Assembly (NCBI GenBank): GCA_043825735.1
Contig: JBDRRP010000136.1
Coordinates: forward strand, 1-64,000
DNA from: Pseudomonadota bacterium
GTDB taxonomy: Bacteria; Desulfobacterota; Desulfobacteria; Desulfobacterales; JBDRRP01
Direction: 5' to 3'
Length of the DNA stretch: 64,000 nt
Both the position numbers and the translations under genes were made by a program. The notes below the pieces were generated by a model. That model saw nothing but the letters and a program-made list of their open reading frames with translations, did no database searches and was not told the DNA's origin. This document shows positions 28,372 through 39,596 of the stretch, piece by piece (position 1 is the stretch's first letter; every line of letters begins with the position of its first letter).

Positions 28372-30407
28372 GGCCGTCTGTCCTTTTCTTTCAGTGCCGC
28401 GGCAACGCACCGGTCAAGCAGATCGTCGTCGGCCGGGTAGGGCAGTGTGATGTGATCCGTGCCGCTGTGGCTGTAGTTGTACGCGGCCGCGGTGTCGATG
28501 GCATTGGGGTTGCCGGCCCAGGCCCGGCGGGCCACACCGCCCATGACGTCCCAGGGAATGGCCCGCCGGATAATCTCGTCCACCCGGGCGCTGCCGTCCA
28601 GCACCAGGCCGAACCCGCCGTTGATGGCTTTTCCGATGCCCACGCCGCCGCCGTTGTGCAGCGCCACGAGGCTCATGCCCCGCGCGGCGTTGCCGGCAAA
28701 GCAGTGCACCGCCATGTCGGCCATGATGTTGCTGCCATCATGGATATTGGCCGTTTCGCGAAACGGCGAATCGGTGCCCCCGGTGTCGTGATGGTCGCGG
28801 CCGAGCATCACTGGACCGATGTCTTTGCTGCGGACCATTTCGTTGAATCGCAGGGCGATCTGCATCCGTCCCATGGCGTCCTGGTAGAGGATGCGGGCCT
28901 GGGTGCCCACGACCAGACGGTTCTTTTCGGCGTCCCGGATCCAGGTCCAGTTGTCCCGGTCCTGGAACCGCCGGCCGGGATCGATGGCGTCCATGGCGGC
29001 GCTGTCTGTTTTTGCCAGGTCTTCGGCGCTGCCGCTGAGGCACACCCATCTGAAGGGCCCGTAGCCGTAGTCAAAGAGCAGCGGTCCCATAAGGTCTTCC
29101 ACGTACGATGGATAGACAAACCCATCCAGGGGGTCCCTGCCGTTTTTGCAGATATCGGTGATGCCGGCATCGAAGACGGCCTTCAAAAAGCTGTTACCGT
29201 AGTCGAAGAAAAAGGTGCCGCGGGAGGCCAGTGTTTCGATCAGTTGGTAATGACGCCGAAGGCTTTCGTCCACCCGGCGGCGGAATGTCTGCGGATCGGT
29301 CTCAATCATCCGGGTGCGCTGCTCGAAAGACATTCCCTGGGGGCAGTAGCCCCCGTCGTAAACCACATGGCAGGAGGTTTGGTCCGAGAGCAGATCGATG
29401 GGCTCGCTGCGCTCAACGGAGAATGCCAGAAGGTCCACGATATTGCCGTGAAAGGCAACCGACAGCGGCGTGGCCGATATCTGGGCGCTGCGGGCCATGG
29501 CGAAGGCGGCCGCCGGATCGTCCGCGACTGCCGTCACCCAGCCCTGATCGTGGCGGGTGGCGATGCGCGAGGCGTCCACCTCTGCGATGATGCCCACCCC
29601 CCCGGCGATCTCAACGGCCTTTCCCTGGGCGCCGCTCATGCCGCCCAGGCCCGAGGACACGAAGAGTTTGCCTGCCAGATCCCGGTCTTCAGGTATACCC
29701 AGTTTCAGTCGCCCGGCGTTGAGCAGCGTGCTGTAGGTGCCGTGGACGATGCCCTGGGGGCCGATGTACATCCACCCGCCGGCAGTCATCTGTCCATAGT
29801 TGGCAACCCCCAGTGCGGCGGCGCGCTGCCAGTGCTCCGGCGTATCGAACATGCCCACCATGAGTGAATTGGTGATGATCACCCGGGGGGCATCGAGCGA
29901 TGATGCGAACAGACCCAGGGGGTGGCCCGAGGCCATGACCAGGGTCTGGTCGCGGGTGAGCTGAGCCAGGTAGTGCTTTATGAGGCGATACTGCATCCAG
30001 TTCTGACAGACCTGGCCGGTTTCGCCGTAAGTCACGAGCTCATAGGGGTATAGCGCAACATCCATGTCCAGATTGTTGTCGATCATGACCTGGAAAGCTT
30101 TTCCTTCTAAGCAGCGGCCCGGATATTGATCGACGGGTTTTCCGTGGATGGCTTCGGCCGGTCTGAATCGGTACCCGTAAATGCGGCCCCGGTGTATCAG
30201 CTCATCCAGAAACTCCGGCGCCAGGCGCGTGTGCCACTTCTCCGGCACGTAGCGCAGTGCATTTTTGAGCGCCTGCCGGATGTCGGCCGGCGTGAGTTTC
30301 AAAGGCCGTGCCGGAGCACGCCGAATATTCCCGGCAAACACCGGATTGTCGGGCAGTTCAGGGACGGCGGCTTCCAGGGTGAATTGCACGCGGGCGGTGG
30401 GTATCAT
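28368..30407 (-). CDS. hutU: Urocanate hydratase (long 679-aa form)
   Basis: YGQMTAGGWMYIGPQGIVHGT, GLGGMSGAQ, SDQTSCH, GRDHHD, HNGGGVG. Confidence 0.97.
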   Translation of the reverse strand: MIPTARVQFTLEAAVPELPDNPVFAGNIRRAPARPLKLTPADIRQALKNALRYVPEKWHTRLAPEFLDELIHRGRIYGYRFRPAEAIHGKPVDQYPGRCLEGKAFQVMIDNNLDMDVALYPYELVTYGETGQVCQNWMQYRLIKHYLAQLTRDQTLVMASGHPLGLFASSLDAPRVIITNSLMVGMFDTPEHWQRAAALGVANYGQMTAGGWMYIGPQGIVHGTYSTLLNAGRLKLGIPEDRDLAGKLFVSSGLGGMSGAQGKAVEIAGGVGIIAEVDASRIATRHDQGWVTAVADDPAAAFAMARSAQISATPLSVAFHGNIVDLLAFSVERSEPIDLLSDQTSCHVVYDGGYCPQGMSFEQRTRMIETDPQTFRRRVDESLRRHYQLIETLASRGTFFFDYGNSFLKAVFDAGITDICKNGRDPLDGFVYPSYVEDLMGPLLFDYGYGPFRWVCLSGSAEDLAKTDSAAMDAIDPGRRFQDRDNWTWIRDAEKNRLVVGTQARILYQDAMGRMQIALRFNEMVRSKDIGPVMLGRDHHDTGGTDSPFRETANIHDGSNIMADMAVHCFAGNAARGMSLVALHNGGGVGIGKAINGGFGLVLDGSARVDEIIRRAIPWDVMGGVARRAWAGNPNAIDTAAAYNYSHSGTDHITLPYPADDDLLDRCVAAALKEKDRRP

Positions 30408-30586
30408 AGGTCTTCTCCGTGATGGCCTTCAGTGCTAAAGCCCGCAATCCGGGCCTTGCGGTGCACTGGGTTGACGGGAAGCATCCGGGCGAACCCTGCC
30501 TGGTGCTTCCCGGACCATCTGGACAGGGCCGTTGGTGGCTTCCTTCAACCGGTTGGTTTGACACGGCGGCGGCGGTCCGGCAGAAA

Positions 30587-33500
30587 TCACTGTAAACGGG
30601 CAGTGAGCCGATGGACGGTTTCCGCCAGCGCACGGTAGACCACCGGTTTCATGAGAAAGGCGCGGATGCCAAGGCGTTCGGCCTTTCCTTCGGAGATATA
30701 TTCGCTGAAACCGGTACACAGTGCAATGGGGATATCCGGCCGGATCTCCAGGCATTTGAGCGCCAGCACGTCACCGGTCAGCTCCGGCATGGTCATGTCG
30801 GTGATGAGCAGATCAAAGGCATCGGCATTTTGCGAGAACTGCGAGAGCGCGTCACTGCTGCTGTTGCAGGCGGTCACGGTGTAGCCGAGGCCTTCGAGCA
30901 TCTGGACGATCATGTCGGTCTGAAACGGCTCGTCGTCGACCACGAGAATGCGGCCGGTGCCGCGGGGTAGTTCCGAGGCGGGCGCGGCGTCCTCTTCCAC
31001 CGGTTGATCGATGGCCGGCAGCAGAATGGTGAACCGTGCACCCGCTCCCGGCTGACTGTCCAGGGTGATGCCTCCCCCCATGCCGGCGACGATGCCGTGT
31101 ACCACCGATAGTCCCAGGCCGGTCCCCTCACCTTTTTTCTTTGTGGTAAAGAACGGATCGAAGATGCGCTCCCTCAGCGTTTCCGGTATTCCGCGGCCGT
31201 CGTCTTGAACCGTCAGTTTCGCATAGTGCCCGGGCGACAGAAACTGCCCCCGGAGCGCCACGGTTTGGGCGAAATTTTCCGCTTCAAGCGAAATCTCAAT
31301 GCAGCCGGTCTTTTCTCCGATGCTTTGCCGGGCATTGGTGCACAGATTCATGATGATCTGGTGGATCCGGGTGGCATCGGCCACCACGGCGATATCGGTC
31401 CGGATGTGGGCGAAGATCTGAATGGTTGCCGGCAGGGAGGCCCGCAGCAGTTTAAGCGCCTCCTTGATGATGGGGCTCAGGGTCAGTGGTTTGAGTTCCT
31501 GCTCGCCCTGGCGACTGAAGGTCAGGATCTGTTTGACCAGATCGGTGGCCCGGTTGCCGGCCTTGAGCACTTTTTGGAGGCATTGGCGGCTCCGCTCGCT
31601 CAGGGCCGCGTCCTGATTGGCCAGTTCCGTGTATCCGATGATCCCCGATAGAATGTTGTTGAAATCGTGGGCAATGCCGCCGGCCAGCGTGCCGATGGCC
31701 TCCATTTTCTGGGCCTGCCTAAATTGTTTCTCCTTTTCCACTTCTCCGGTGATGTCACGAAGCAGAAAAATCCAGTGCGATGCCCGGCGGCGCTCATGCG
31801 TCACCGGAGAAACCAGCGCTTCAGCGATGCGTCTGGCGCCGTTTTTTGGCGACAGGGAGATCTGTCCGCTCCAACGATTCCCGGAGCGCACAGCACCCAT
31901 CATTTTTACATATTCCTGATCGCGGGTGTCAATTCCTATCAGCTCGAAGACCGACTGGCCGGTGGCGGCGCCCGGCGAAATGCCGGTGCCCGCAGTGAAG
32001 GCCGGGTTGATGTAGGCGACGGCGAATTGCTGATCGGTGATGCAGATGAGCTCTGGCGATTGTGCCACCGCCGCGGCCAGCATCCGCCGCTCCTCGTCGG
32101 CCTTCACCCGTTCGGTTATGTCCCGGTCGAAGGCATAGATGTAGGTCTTGCCACCCATGTCCACGATGCCGGCACTGATTTCCACCGGGAACAGGGTGCC
32201 GTCCTTGTGTCGGTGGCTGATTTCCTCCTTGATCCACTCCCCTTGGCGCATGCGCTGGAGTCGGTCGGCAACCCGTTGTCCGGCCTCATGGGAATCCAGG
32301 TCATGAATGGACAATTGAAGGATTTCCTCTCGCGTGTAGCCATGCATTCCGGCCGCAGCCTGATTGGCATCCACGATACGGCCGGCATCGGGCCCGCCGG
32401 CTTCCAAAAGGAAAATGCCGTCCCCGGCCTTTTCAAACAGCGTGCGGTATCGGGTTTCGCTTTCAAGCAGGGCCTTTTCGGTCCGCTCCCGATCGGAAAC
32501 ATCCCGCAGCACACCCACCGCCTGGAAGCGGTTGTCCTGTTCCAGCGACGAGAGCGAGAGTTCCACGGGCAACTCGTGTCCGTCCTTGTGCAGGGCCACC
32601 AGTTTAAGTGTTCGGCCGATGGCCGGGCCGCCGCCGGTGGCCTTGAACCGTTTGAGTCCGGCCTGGTAGGCGTCATGAAACCGGCCCGGCGCCAGGAGGC
32701 TGTGCAGGTCCTTGCCGATGACATCCAACTCGCTGTAGCCCAGCACCGATTTGCCGGCCTTGCTCCAGAACAGGATGCAGCCGTCATGGTCGATGATGAT
32801 GATGACATCCCGGGCCGACTCGCTGATGGTTTGAAACATCTGCTGGCTGCGCGCCATTGACTTTTCGATGGCGCGGCGTTCGATGATATCTGCGCTCAGG
32901 GATGTGTTGGCCGCCATCAGTGCGGCGGTTTTTTCCCGGAGCCGCTCGACCATGCTGTCGATGGTGCGAGACAGCACGCCGAATTCATCCTGCCGTTGCC
33001 ATCCCAGTCGCTTGGTGAGATCGGCGGTGGTGGAAAGGTCCATGGCATGGGCCGTGAGGGAGAACAGGGGTTTGAGGACCGTGCGCTGGAGCAGGCCGAG
33101 CAACACGATGACGAGTATCGAACCGGCGCTCATCATGGAGATAAAGGAAAATTTCAGCACTTTCTGGCCTTCCCGGATGAAGACGCTTTTCCGCTTGACG
33201 GTAATCCACGCCAGCGGGGCACCGCTGGCGGCCGGCAGCGGCCGTGTGAGCCTTATGATGTCGCTGCCCGGCGGGCTTTGCTCGGCCGGCGGGGCTGGGG
33301 GCTGGGACGAAAGGCTGAAATCCACCAGCGCCTGCTGTGCCAGCCGCTGCTGCAAGGCGGTGTCCAGAAGCCGGCCAAAAATCATCCATCCCTGGGATGG
33401 CCCGGATTTATCGCTTTTCATGATGGGGCGGGCGGCCACCATCATGAGGCCGCGGTGAATGGGGATGATGGTGGCGATGGCGCCGGCCGAACCGTCGGCG

Positions 33501-33931
33501 GTGGCGATTACCCGGTGTTTAACCAGGTCGAAGGTCTCCTGGGCGGTTTTCACATCCAGCCAGGTCTTGGCATTTCTGTCAAAGCCGTTGCCCCAGACCA
33601 ACTTTCCGCTCATTTCGAGAATCATCAAGGCGTCGATCTGGTTATCCTGAAAGGTGGCCGGCTGCAGGTTGGACTGGATGTATGCGTCGTCTCCCGTGGC
33701 GGCGAACCGGTAGGTATCGTCCCAGGAGGCCCAGTCCTGGCAGGTTCGGTCCAGGTGCTCCATTTCTGCTTTGATTGTATCGACCACCCGCTGGACATCA
33801 TCCATGGTGGCGGATTTTTCATGGGCTTCAAAACTCGGATAGATGGAAAGCCGAAGGATGCCATAATCCAAAACGGCAAATCCCAAAAAGACCCCGACGA
33901 CGATGGCCAGAATTTTATTTTTCAGAGGCAT
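30587..33931 (-). CDS. CHASE4-HAMP-3xPAS hybrid sensor histidine kinase
   Basis: DWASWDDTY, PAS motifs, AGGIAHDFNNIL, PFFTTK..GEGTGLGL, receiver domain; start inferred. Confidence 0.93.
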   Translation of the reverse strand: MPLKNKILAIVVGVFLGFAVLDYGILRLSIYPSFEAHEKSATMDDVQRVVDTIKAEMEHLDRTCQDWASWDDTYRFAATGDDAYIQSNLQPATFQDNQIDALMILEMSGKLVWGNGFDRNAKTWLDVKTAQETFDLVKHRVIATADGSAGAIATIIPIHRGLMMVAARPIMKSDKSGPSQGWMIFGRLLDTALQQRLAQQALVDFSLSSQPPAPPAEQSPPGSDIIRLTRPLPAASGAPLAWITVKRKSVFIREGQKVLKFSFISMMSAGSILVIVLLGLLQRTVLKPLFSLTAHAMDLSTTADLTKRLGWQRQDEFGVLSRTIDSMVERLREKTAALMAANTSLSADIIERRAIEKSMARSQQMFQTISESARDVIIIIDHDGCILFWSKAGKSVLGYSELDVIGKDLHSLLAPGRFHDAYQAGLKRFKATGGGPAIGRTLKLVALHKDGHELPVELSLSSLEQDNRFQAVGVLRDVSDRERTEKALLESETRYRTLFEKAGDGIFLLEAGGPDAGRIVDANQAAAGMHGYTREEILQLSIHDLDSHEAGQRVADRLQRMRQGEWIKEEISHRHKDGTLFPVEISAGIVDMGGKTYIYAFDRDITERVKADEERRMLAAAVAQSPELICITDQQFAVAYINPAFTAGTGISPGAATGQSVFELIGIDTRDQEYVKMMGAVRSGNRWSGQISLSPKNGARRIAEALVSPVTHERRRASHWIFLLRDITGEVEKEKQFRQAQKMEAIGTLAGGIAHDFNNILSGIIGYTELANQDAALSERSRQCLQKVLKAGNRATDLVKQILTFSRQGEQELKPLTLSPIIKEALKLLRASLPATIQIFAHIRTDIAVVADATRIHQIIMNLCTNARQSIGEKTGCIEISLEAENFAQTVALRGQFLSPGHYAKLTVQDDGRGIPETLRERIFDPFFTTKKKGEGTGLGLSVVHGIVAGMGGGITLDSQPGAGARFTILLPAIDQPVEEDAAPASELPRGTGRILVVDDEPFQTDMIVQMLEGLGYTVTACNSSSDALSQFSQNADAFDLLITDMTMPELTGDVLALKCLEIRPDIPIALCTGFSEYISEGKAERLGIRAFLMKPVVYRALAETVHRLTARLQ

Positions 33932-34158
33932 GGAGACTCTCAGTGCAGTTTTAGTTTTCTTGGCGGCGCCCATAAACCAGTGCCGCAACCATATTTTAAA
34001 AAGCAAATTGCGTGCCGACCCTCGGAAAGGATGTTTTTGAACACCCATCACGGGTATTCGGCCCGTGGCCAGGACGGTCTCAATGATCCGGCTGGAGTCA
34101 AATTCATGACGCAGAATCATCATGGAATGGGGCAAAACGGTGCTGTTCGGAGTGGCGG

Positions 34159-36252
34159 TCAGAGCTGTGATGAGATCATCGGCCGACTCAGCGCTTCCCG
34201 GATGGCCAGGCCGATCTTTTCCAGGGAGTAGGGTTTTCGGATATAGGCGCCGGCACCCAGACGCTGGGCTTCCTTGACGCGGTCGTTTTCGGCGAATCCG
34301 CTGGCAATAACGGCACGCTGATGAGGCCCTCTGGCGACAATGGCGCGGTAGGTGTCCAGACCGTCCATGCCGGGATCCATGATCATGTCCAGGACGAGGA
34401 CGTCGGCGCGGTTATCCTTTAGCCAGACCAGCGCGGCCTCGCCGCTGCCGATGGTCGTCACCTGATAGTTCAAGCGGCTGAGCAGCAGTTTTGCGATGTC
34501 GCGCTGCTCGGCGACATCGTCCACGACCAGTACGGTTTCTCCGCTGCCCCGGTAGGCGTCCATGGGGACCGCCGCAGCGGCTAGCTGCAAGGGCTCCCGG
34601 CTGACCGGCAGATAGATTTCAAGACGGGTGCCTTGGCCCAGGTGGCTGTCCACATTGATATAGCCGTTGTGGTCCTGGACGGTGCCCCACACCACGGCCA
34701 TCCCGAGCCCCGTGCCGCTTCGGCCCATCACCTTTTTGGTGTAAAACGGCTCGAAAATGCGATCGAGATCCTCGGGGCGGATACCGGAGCCGAAATCCTC
34801 CACCCGCAGCACCACATAGTCGCCCTCCGCGACTTCCGCGTAGCCTTTGATGGGGCGATCCACATAGCGATTTTCCGTCGTGATGACGATGCGCCCGCCC
34901 TCGGGCTGGGCTTCCGCGGCATTGGAGACGATGTTCATCACGGTTTTCTTGAGGTGAATGATGCTGCCGCTGATGTTCATGAGATCGGATGCCAGGTGGG
35001 CGTTGATGGCGACACCGGGATGGTGGGCCCTCAAGGTGTGACACTCCGGGGAGGCGAGATAATCGGAAATGACATCATCATTGAGATTCAATACGGCGGA
35101 CGAATGTACGCCGCGCCGGGCCAGGGCCAGCAGGTCCTGAACGATGGCCGCGGCCTTCTTGCCGGAATTCTGGATGCCTGTCACCATGGGGCGGATGAGG
35201 GCATCTTCGGGAAGGTCCAAGAGAATCAGTTCAGGATAGCTGACGATTCCCGACAGTACGTTATTCAGATCGTGGGCCACGCCGCCGGCAAGAAGGCCCA
35301 GTGCCTCCATTTTCTGGGACCGGGAAAGCCGCTCTTCCAGCATGCGCTTTTCGCTGTCCGCACGCTGACGCTCCACGATTTCTTCCTGAAGCTGCTCGTA
35401 GCTGGTACGCAGCTCCCGGGTGCGCTCATCGACAATGCTTTCAAGGTCGGCGTTGAGCCGCGCCAGTTCCCGGTTGGTCTCTTCCAGTTGCCGGGCGTTG
35501 GCATCCCGGGCGCTCATGGATCGCAGCAGGCGCTGGTGCTGTTCGCTGAGCTGGGTGCTCATGGCGTTGAAGGCCGCCCCCACTTCGCCGATTTCGTCAC
35601 CCTGCTGCAGGGACACCTGTTCTCCCAGGCGGCCGTCCATGACCTGGCGCATGGCATCCCGGATGCAGGAGACGGGCCTTGCCACCAGGCGGGTGATCAG
35701 CAGGTGCAGCAGCGCCGAGAGCGCCACCAGCATGCTGGCAAACACCCCAACGATGAGCAGCAGCCGCTGTTGCGAAGCCTGGTATATTTCTGACAAATCG
35801 AAATAGATGGCGGCGTAGCCCATATGTTCGCCGATGACTTCGATGACCGAGGAAAAGACCAGTGTGGGGCGGTCCTGGATGTCGGCCATCGCGGTGAGCG
35901 GTTCACGCTCCAGCTGGCGGCGCTGAACCGGTGACAGGGTGCCTGGGCCGACCAGGCCCCAGGTTTCAAGCATCCGGCCGTCAGTGGTAAAGACCGTCAC
36001 CGCAACGATGCCCTTGACCGAAGCCATGTCGTAAAGGCTTCGTTTCAGGGCCTCCCTGTGGCCGGAGAAGATTTCATTGGCCAGTTCCTCGCGCTTTTGC
36101 TGGTAGACGGTTTTCATGAGCAGACCGACCTGGTCGATCTGGCGTTGACGCTGCCGATTCTCCTGGCCATAGAAAAAGATGCCGAAAACCAGCAAGATGA
36201 TGACACACACCATCCAGATGGTGCTGTTGATGTGGAAGCTGAGTCGTTTCAT
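34159..36252 (-). CDS. HAMP hybrid sensor histidine kinase
   Basis: Two TM segments, HAMP, AGGVAHDLNNVL, PFYTKK.MGRSGTGLG, receiver domain. Confidence 0.93.
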   Translation of the reverse strand: MKRLSFHINSTIWMVCVIILLVFGIFFYGQENRQRQRQIDQVGLLMKTVYQQKREELANEIFSGHREALKRSLYDMASVKGIVAVTVFTTDGRMLETWGLVGPGTLSPVQRRQLEREPLTAMADIQDRPTLVFSSVIEVIGEHMGYAAIYFDLSEIYQASQQRLLLIVGVFASMLVALSALLHLLITRLVARPVSCIRDAMRQVMDGRLGEQVSLQQGDEIGEVGAAFNAMSTQLSEQHQRLLRSMSARDANARQLEETNRELARLNADLESIVDERTRELRTSYEQLQEEIVERQRADSEKRMLEERLSRSQKMEALGLLAGGVAHDLNNVLSGIVSYPELILLDLPEDALIRPMVTGIQNSGKKAAAIVQDLLALARRGVHSSAVLNLNDDVISDYLASPECHTLRAHHPGVAINAHLASDLMNISGSIIHLKKTVMNIVSNAAEAQPEGGRIVITTENRYVDRPIKGYAEVAEGDYVVLRVEDFGSGIRPEDLDRIFEPFYTKKVMGRSGTGLGMAVVWGTVQDHNGYINVDSHLGQGTRLEIYLPVSREPLQLAAAAVPMDAYRGSGETVLVVDDVAEQRDIAKLLLSRLNYQVTTIGSGEAALVWLKDNRADVLVLDMIMDPGMDGLDTYRAIVARGPHQRAVIASGFAENDRVKEAQRLGAGAYIRKPYSLEKIGLAIREALSRPMISSQL

Positions 36253-36284
36253 TTCATTATCGGATAGGCCAATGGCCGGGAGGG

Positions 36285-37424
36285 CTATTCCTGGGGTTCA
36301 AAAGCCTTGTAGAAAACCCACTTTCCCTGGTCGTATTTCATGATGCTGGCGCCTTTGCGGACAGGATCGCCGTTTCGATCAAAGGTGATGGCGCCGGTGG
36401 CGCCGTCAAAATGGGTGATGCCCGCCAGGGCATCCCGGATCTGGCGCCGGTCCACGGTGCCGGCGGTTCTGGTCGCTTCGGCAAACAACCACACGGCATC
36501 GTAAGCCAGTGCTGAAAAAGGGCTGATCAGCGTTTTTCCATAAGTGGCGGTGTATCGGGTGATGAACCGCCGGCTGCTTGGATAAGGCACCCTCGGATGC
36601 CAGTGGGTGGAAAAATAGCTGCCTTCCAGGGCCGCGCCGGCCACTGCGGAAATGGTCGCCTCCCATGCATCGCCGCCAAGAAATGTGGACCCGATACCCA
36701 TGCTGCGGGCCTGCCGGATCAGCAGGCCGCTGTCGTGCGTATACCCGGGAATAAACACCACATCCGGTGTCTTGGCCAGAAGGGGCTCCAGGATGGCCTT
36801 AAAATCGATGGCCGTGCTCTTGTAACCGGCCTCTGTAAGGACGGTGCCCGGGTTCCGGACAAAGGCCGCCATGAAGTAACGGGCCAGGGTCTGCGAGTAG
36901 GTCTCGTTGAGGTTCGTGAACACCGCGGCGGTGTGCGCCCCCAGCGATTGGAATGCGAAGTCCGCCATGAGTTTGCCCTGAAAATCGTCCGTGTAGCAGG
37001 TGCGGAAGATATAGTCACCCACCCGCGTGACCTCCGGGGCGGTGGAGCCGGGGCTGATCATGGGGATGCCGGCGTTTTGGAGCACCGGGGCCACCGCCAG
37101 GGAGTGGGTGCTCCACATGGCTCCGACAACGCCGATGACATCGCCTTTGACCGCTTTTTCGGCCGCCTGCTTGGCGGTTAGCGGCGTGCTGCGGTTGTCG
37201 ATGGGCACCAGCGCCAAAGGGCGCCCCAGCACGCCGCCGCCGGCATTGATTTCGTTAACAGCCACGCGTGCCCCCCGCATGGCCGCCTCGCCAAATGCCT
37301 GGGCCTGGCCGGTCAGGGGCAATACGGCGGCAATTTGAATCGGCGGGGCCGCCGCCGGGCATGTTGTGGCCATAAGCCATGACGCTGCCAGAAAAACAGC
37401 CCACCACAGGCGATTTTGCTTCAT
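36285..37424 (-). CDS. Leu/Ile/Val-type periplasmic solute-binding protein
   Basis: PLTG, EINAGGGVLGRPL, YIFRTCYTDDFQG, GATGAITFD..GD; start uncertain. Confidence 0.9.
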   Translation of the reverse strand: MKQNRLWWAVFLAASWLMATTCPAAAPPIQIAAVLPLTGQAQAFGEAAMRGARVAVNEINAGGGVLGRPLALVPIDNRSTPLTAKQAAEKAVKGDVIGVVGAMWSTHSLAVAPVLQNAGIPMISPGSTAPEVTRVGDYIFRTCYTDDFQGKLMADFAFQSLGAHTAAVFTNLNETYSQTLARYFMAAFVRNPGTVLTEAGYKSTAIDFKAILEPLLAKTPDVVFIPGYTHDSGLLIRQARSMGIGSTFLGGDAWEATISAVAGAALEGSYFSTHWHPRVPYPSSRRFITRYTATYGKTLISPFSALAYDAVWLFAEATRTAGTVDRRQIRDALAGITHFDGATGAITFDRNGDPVRKGASIMKYDQGKWVFYKAFEPQE

Positions 37425-37492
37425 TTCGGTAGTCTGCATTTGGGTCAGTGTCCTTATCATGACGCGGGTCAATCCACTCTGCGAGAATTGCG

Positions 37493-38671
37493 CTATTGTT
37501 TTTTCCCGGGGTTCACCATGCGCAGATACGACGGTCGGCCGTCGGTGATCGCCATGATGACCACTGCCTTCAATGGATCGCCGGTGGCGTCAAAGGAAAT
37601 CGTCCCGGTCACGCCGACGTACCCCGAGGTGGCTGCGAGGGCATCTCTGACGGCCTTTCGATCGGTGGTGCCGGCCCGGGTGATCGCTTTCGCCAGAATG
37701 CCCACGGCATCATAGCTCAGGGCCGCCGGCGACAGCGACGGGTGCTTTGCGCCGTGCCGGGCGACAAACGCCCGCGAGGCCGGTGTGTCAATGGCGCGAA
37801 TATAGTGGGTGGCGAAATATCCGGTCCTGAGGCGGTTGCCGCCTTTTTCAAAAAAGGATGCCACATCCCAGCCGTCGCCGCCCAGAAACGGTACCTGCAG
37901 ACCGATTCGTGCGGCGTCGGCGACGATGCCACCGCTTTCATCGTGGCCCGGCAAAAACACGATGTCGGGTGTAAATGCCTTTGCGCGTTTCAAAACGTCC
38001 TGAAAATTGGGCTGGTTCGGCTTATACCCGATCCGGGTGATGACGCTGCCGCCCATGGCGCCAAAGGTCTGTTCAAAGGACGCCGCCAACCCCAGGCTGT
38101 AATCGCTGGTCATGTCCTGAAGGATCACGGCCCGCCGCGCCTTTACGTCACCAAAGGCGAATGCGGCCATCACCTGCCCCTGCAACTGGTCCGTATAGCA
38201 GACCCGGAAGATACTGTCGCCCACCCGGGTGACATCCGGGTGGGTGGCGCTGTTGACGATCATGGGAACGCCGGCGCGCTGCGCCACCCGGGCCACAGCC
38301 AGTGCCTGTGAGCTCCATGCCGGGCCGATGATGGCGGTCACATCGGCCGCCACGGCCTGGTCGGCGGCAACTTTCGAGCCGACAGGAGTGCTCCGGTTGT
38401 CGATCTCCGTGAGCGCCAGGGCCCGCCCCAGCACACCGCCGCCGGCGTTGATGTCGGCCACCGCCCACCGAGCGCCCAGCACGGAGGGCAGATGGCTTTC
38501 CGCCGCGCTGCCGGTAAGGGAGAAGATGGCCGCGATGTGAATGGGCTCGGCTCCCAGTGCCGGGGTTATGATGCCCGCAGTCATCCAGACCAGAACGAAC
38601 ATGTTCATGGCCGCTCCGGTGGCATTCCACCAGCGGCTGTAAATAGTGGGTGATTGGACGGTGAGCAGCAT
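37493..38671 (-). CDS. Leu/Ile/Val-type periplasmic solute-binding protein (paralog)
   Basis: DINAGGGVLGRAL, IFRVCYTDQLQG, GVTGTISFD..GD; RBS AGGGAGG. Confidence 0.9.
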   Translation of the reverse strand: MLLTVQSPTIYSRWWNATGAAMNMFVLVWMTAGIITPALGAEPIHIAAIFSLTGSAAESHLPSVLGARWAVADINAGGGVLGRALALTEIDNRSTPVGSKVAADQAVAADVTAIIGPAWSSQALAVARVAQRAGVPMIVNSATHPDVTRVGDSIFRVCYTDQLQGQVMAAFAFGDVKARRAVILQDMTSDYSLGLAASFEQTFGAMGGSVITRIGYKPNQPNFQDVLKRAKAFTPDIVFLPGHDESGGIVADAARIGLQVPFLGGDGWDVASFFEKGGNRLRTGYFATHYIRAIDTPASRAFVARHGAKHPSLSPAALSYDAVGILAKAITRAGTTDRKAVRDALAATSGYVGVTGTISFDATGDPLKAVVIMAITDGRPSYLRMVNPGKKQ

Positions 38672-38958
38672 CGCATCGCCTCCCTGATGAGGGTTTCTTC
38701 TTATACCATCGCCACAGGAAGTCAAAACTTTACCCTTCACGGGGGCTATGCATCCTTTCCCAAAAACCATTCAAGTAAAAACAAAGCGAGACGATAACAA
38801 AAATAGTGTTCGCCTGTGTTGCACAGACGAAACGGGCTCTTTTAGCGGGATCTCAGAAGTCAGTTGAGGTCATTGCCGATCGCCGGCAAGGTGCCGGCTG
38901 CCGCTATTGAGCGTCGTCCGGTGTTTATAAAACGCATATCCATCAAGGAGGCATTACA

Positions 38959-39519
38959 ATGAATCGGGCAATTACAGCAGTCATCATCGTTATGTTGGTC
39001 GTGGGAAGCGTCATCGCCGTTAACGCAGAGCAGGCCCCCCAGAAAGTGTATGATCTGGCCAAGGGGAAGCTGGCTGCGCTGGGCGCGGATCCGGTGATCG
39101 TGGCTGCCGTGGTCGCACAAAACGCCAAGGGGCAGACGCTTGATCAAATCAAGGACATGGACGGCAAGTGGAAGGCCACCCCCGGGATTGCCGATTATAT
39201 GAAGGCCATCATGGAGTCCCCCTGCGCCACGCACCTGCGCGCCGTCCAGGGCGGCGCGCCTTATTTTGCAGAGATCTTCGTCATGGACAACCAGGGCGCC
39301 AACGTGGCCATGACGGATAAGACCTCCGACTATTGGCAGGGTGATGAAGCCAAGTTCCAGAAATCCTTCGCCGGCGGTGCCGGGGCCGTGTTCGTGGATG
39401 AAGTGGAGTTCGACGACAGCGCCCAGGCCTACCTGGTGCAGGTGTCGGTGCCCGTTGTGGACGGCGGCAAGGCCATCGGGGCGATCACTTTTGGTATCGA
39501 TGTGGACAAAATTCAATAA
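38959..39519 (+). CDS. Secreted stand-alone Cache/PDC sensor-domain protein
   Basis: Signal peptide; [35 protein letters not shown]. Confidence 0.85.
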   Translation: MNRAITAVIIVMLVVGSVIAVNAEQAPQKVYDLAKGKLAALGADPVIVAAVVAQNAKGQTLDQIKDMDGKWKATPGIADYMKAIMESPCATHLRAVQGGAPYFAEIFVMDNQGANVAMTDKTSDYWQGDEAKFQKSFAGGAGAVFVDEVEFDDSAQAYLVQVSVPVVDGGKAIGAITFGIDVDKIQ

Positions 39520-39596
39520 CTGCGAGGGCCGCGGGCAGCAGCGCGCTGCTGCCCCCCGCGGCCGGGAATGGATGCGGATGTAAAAGGAGTAACGCC

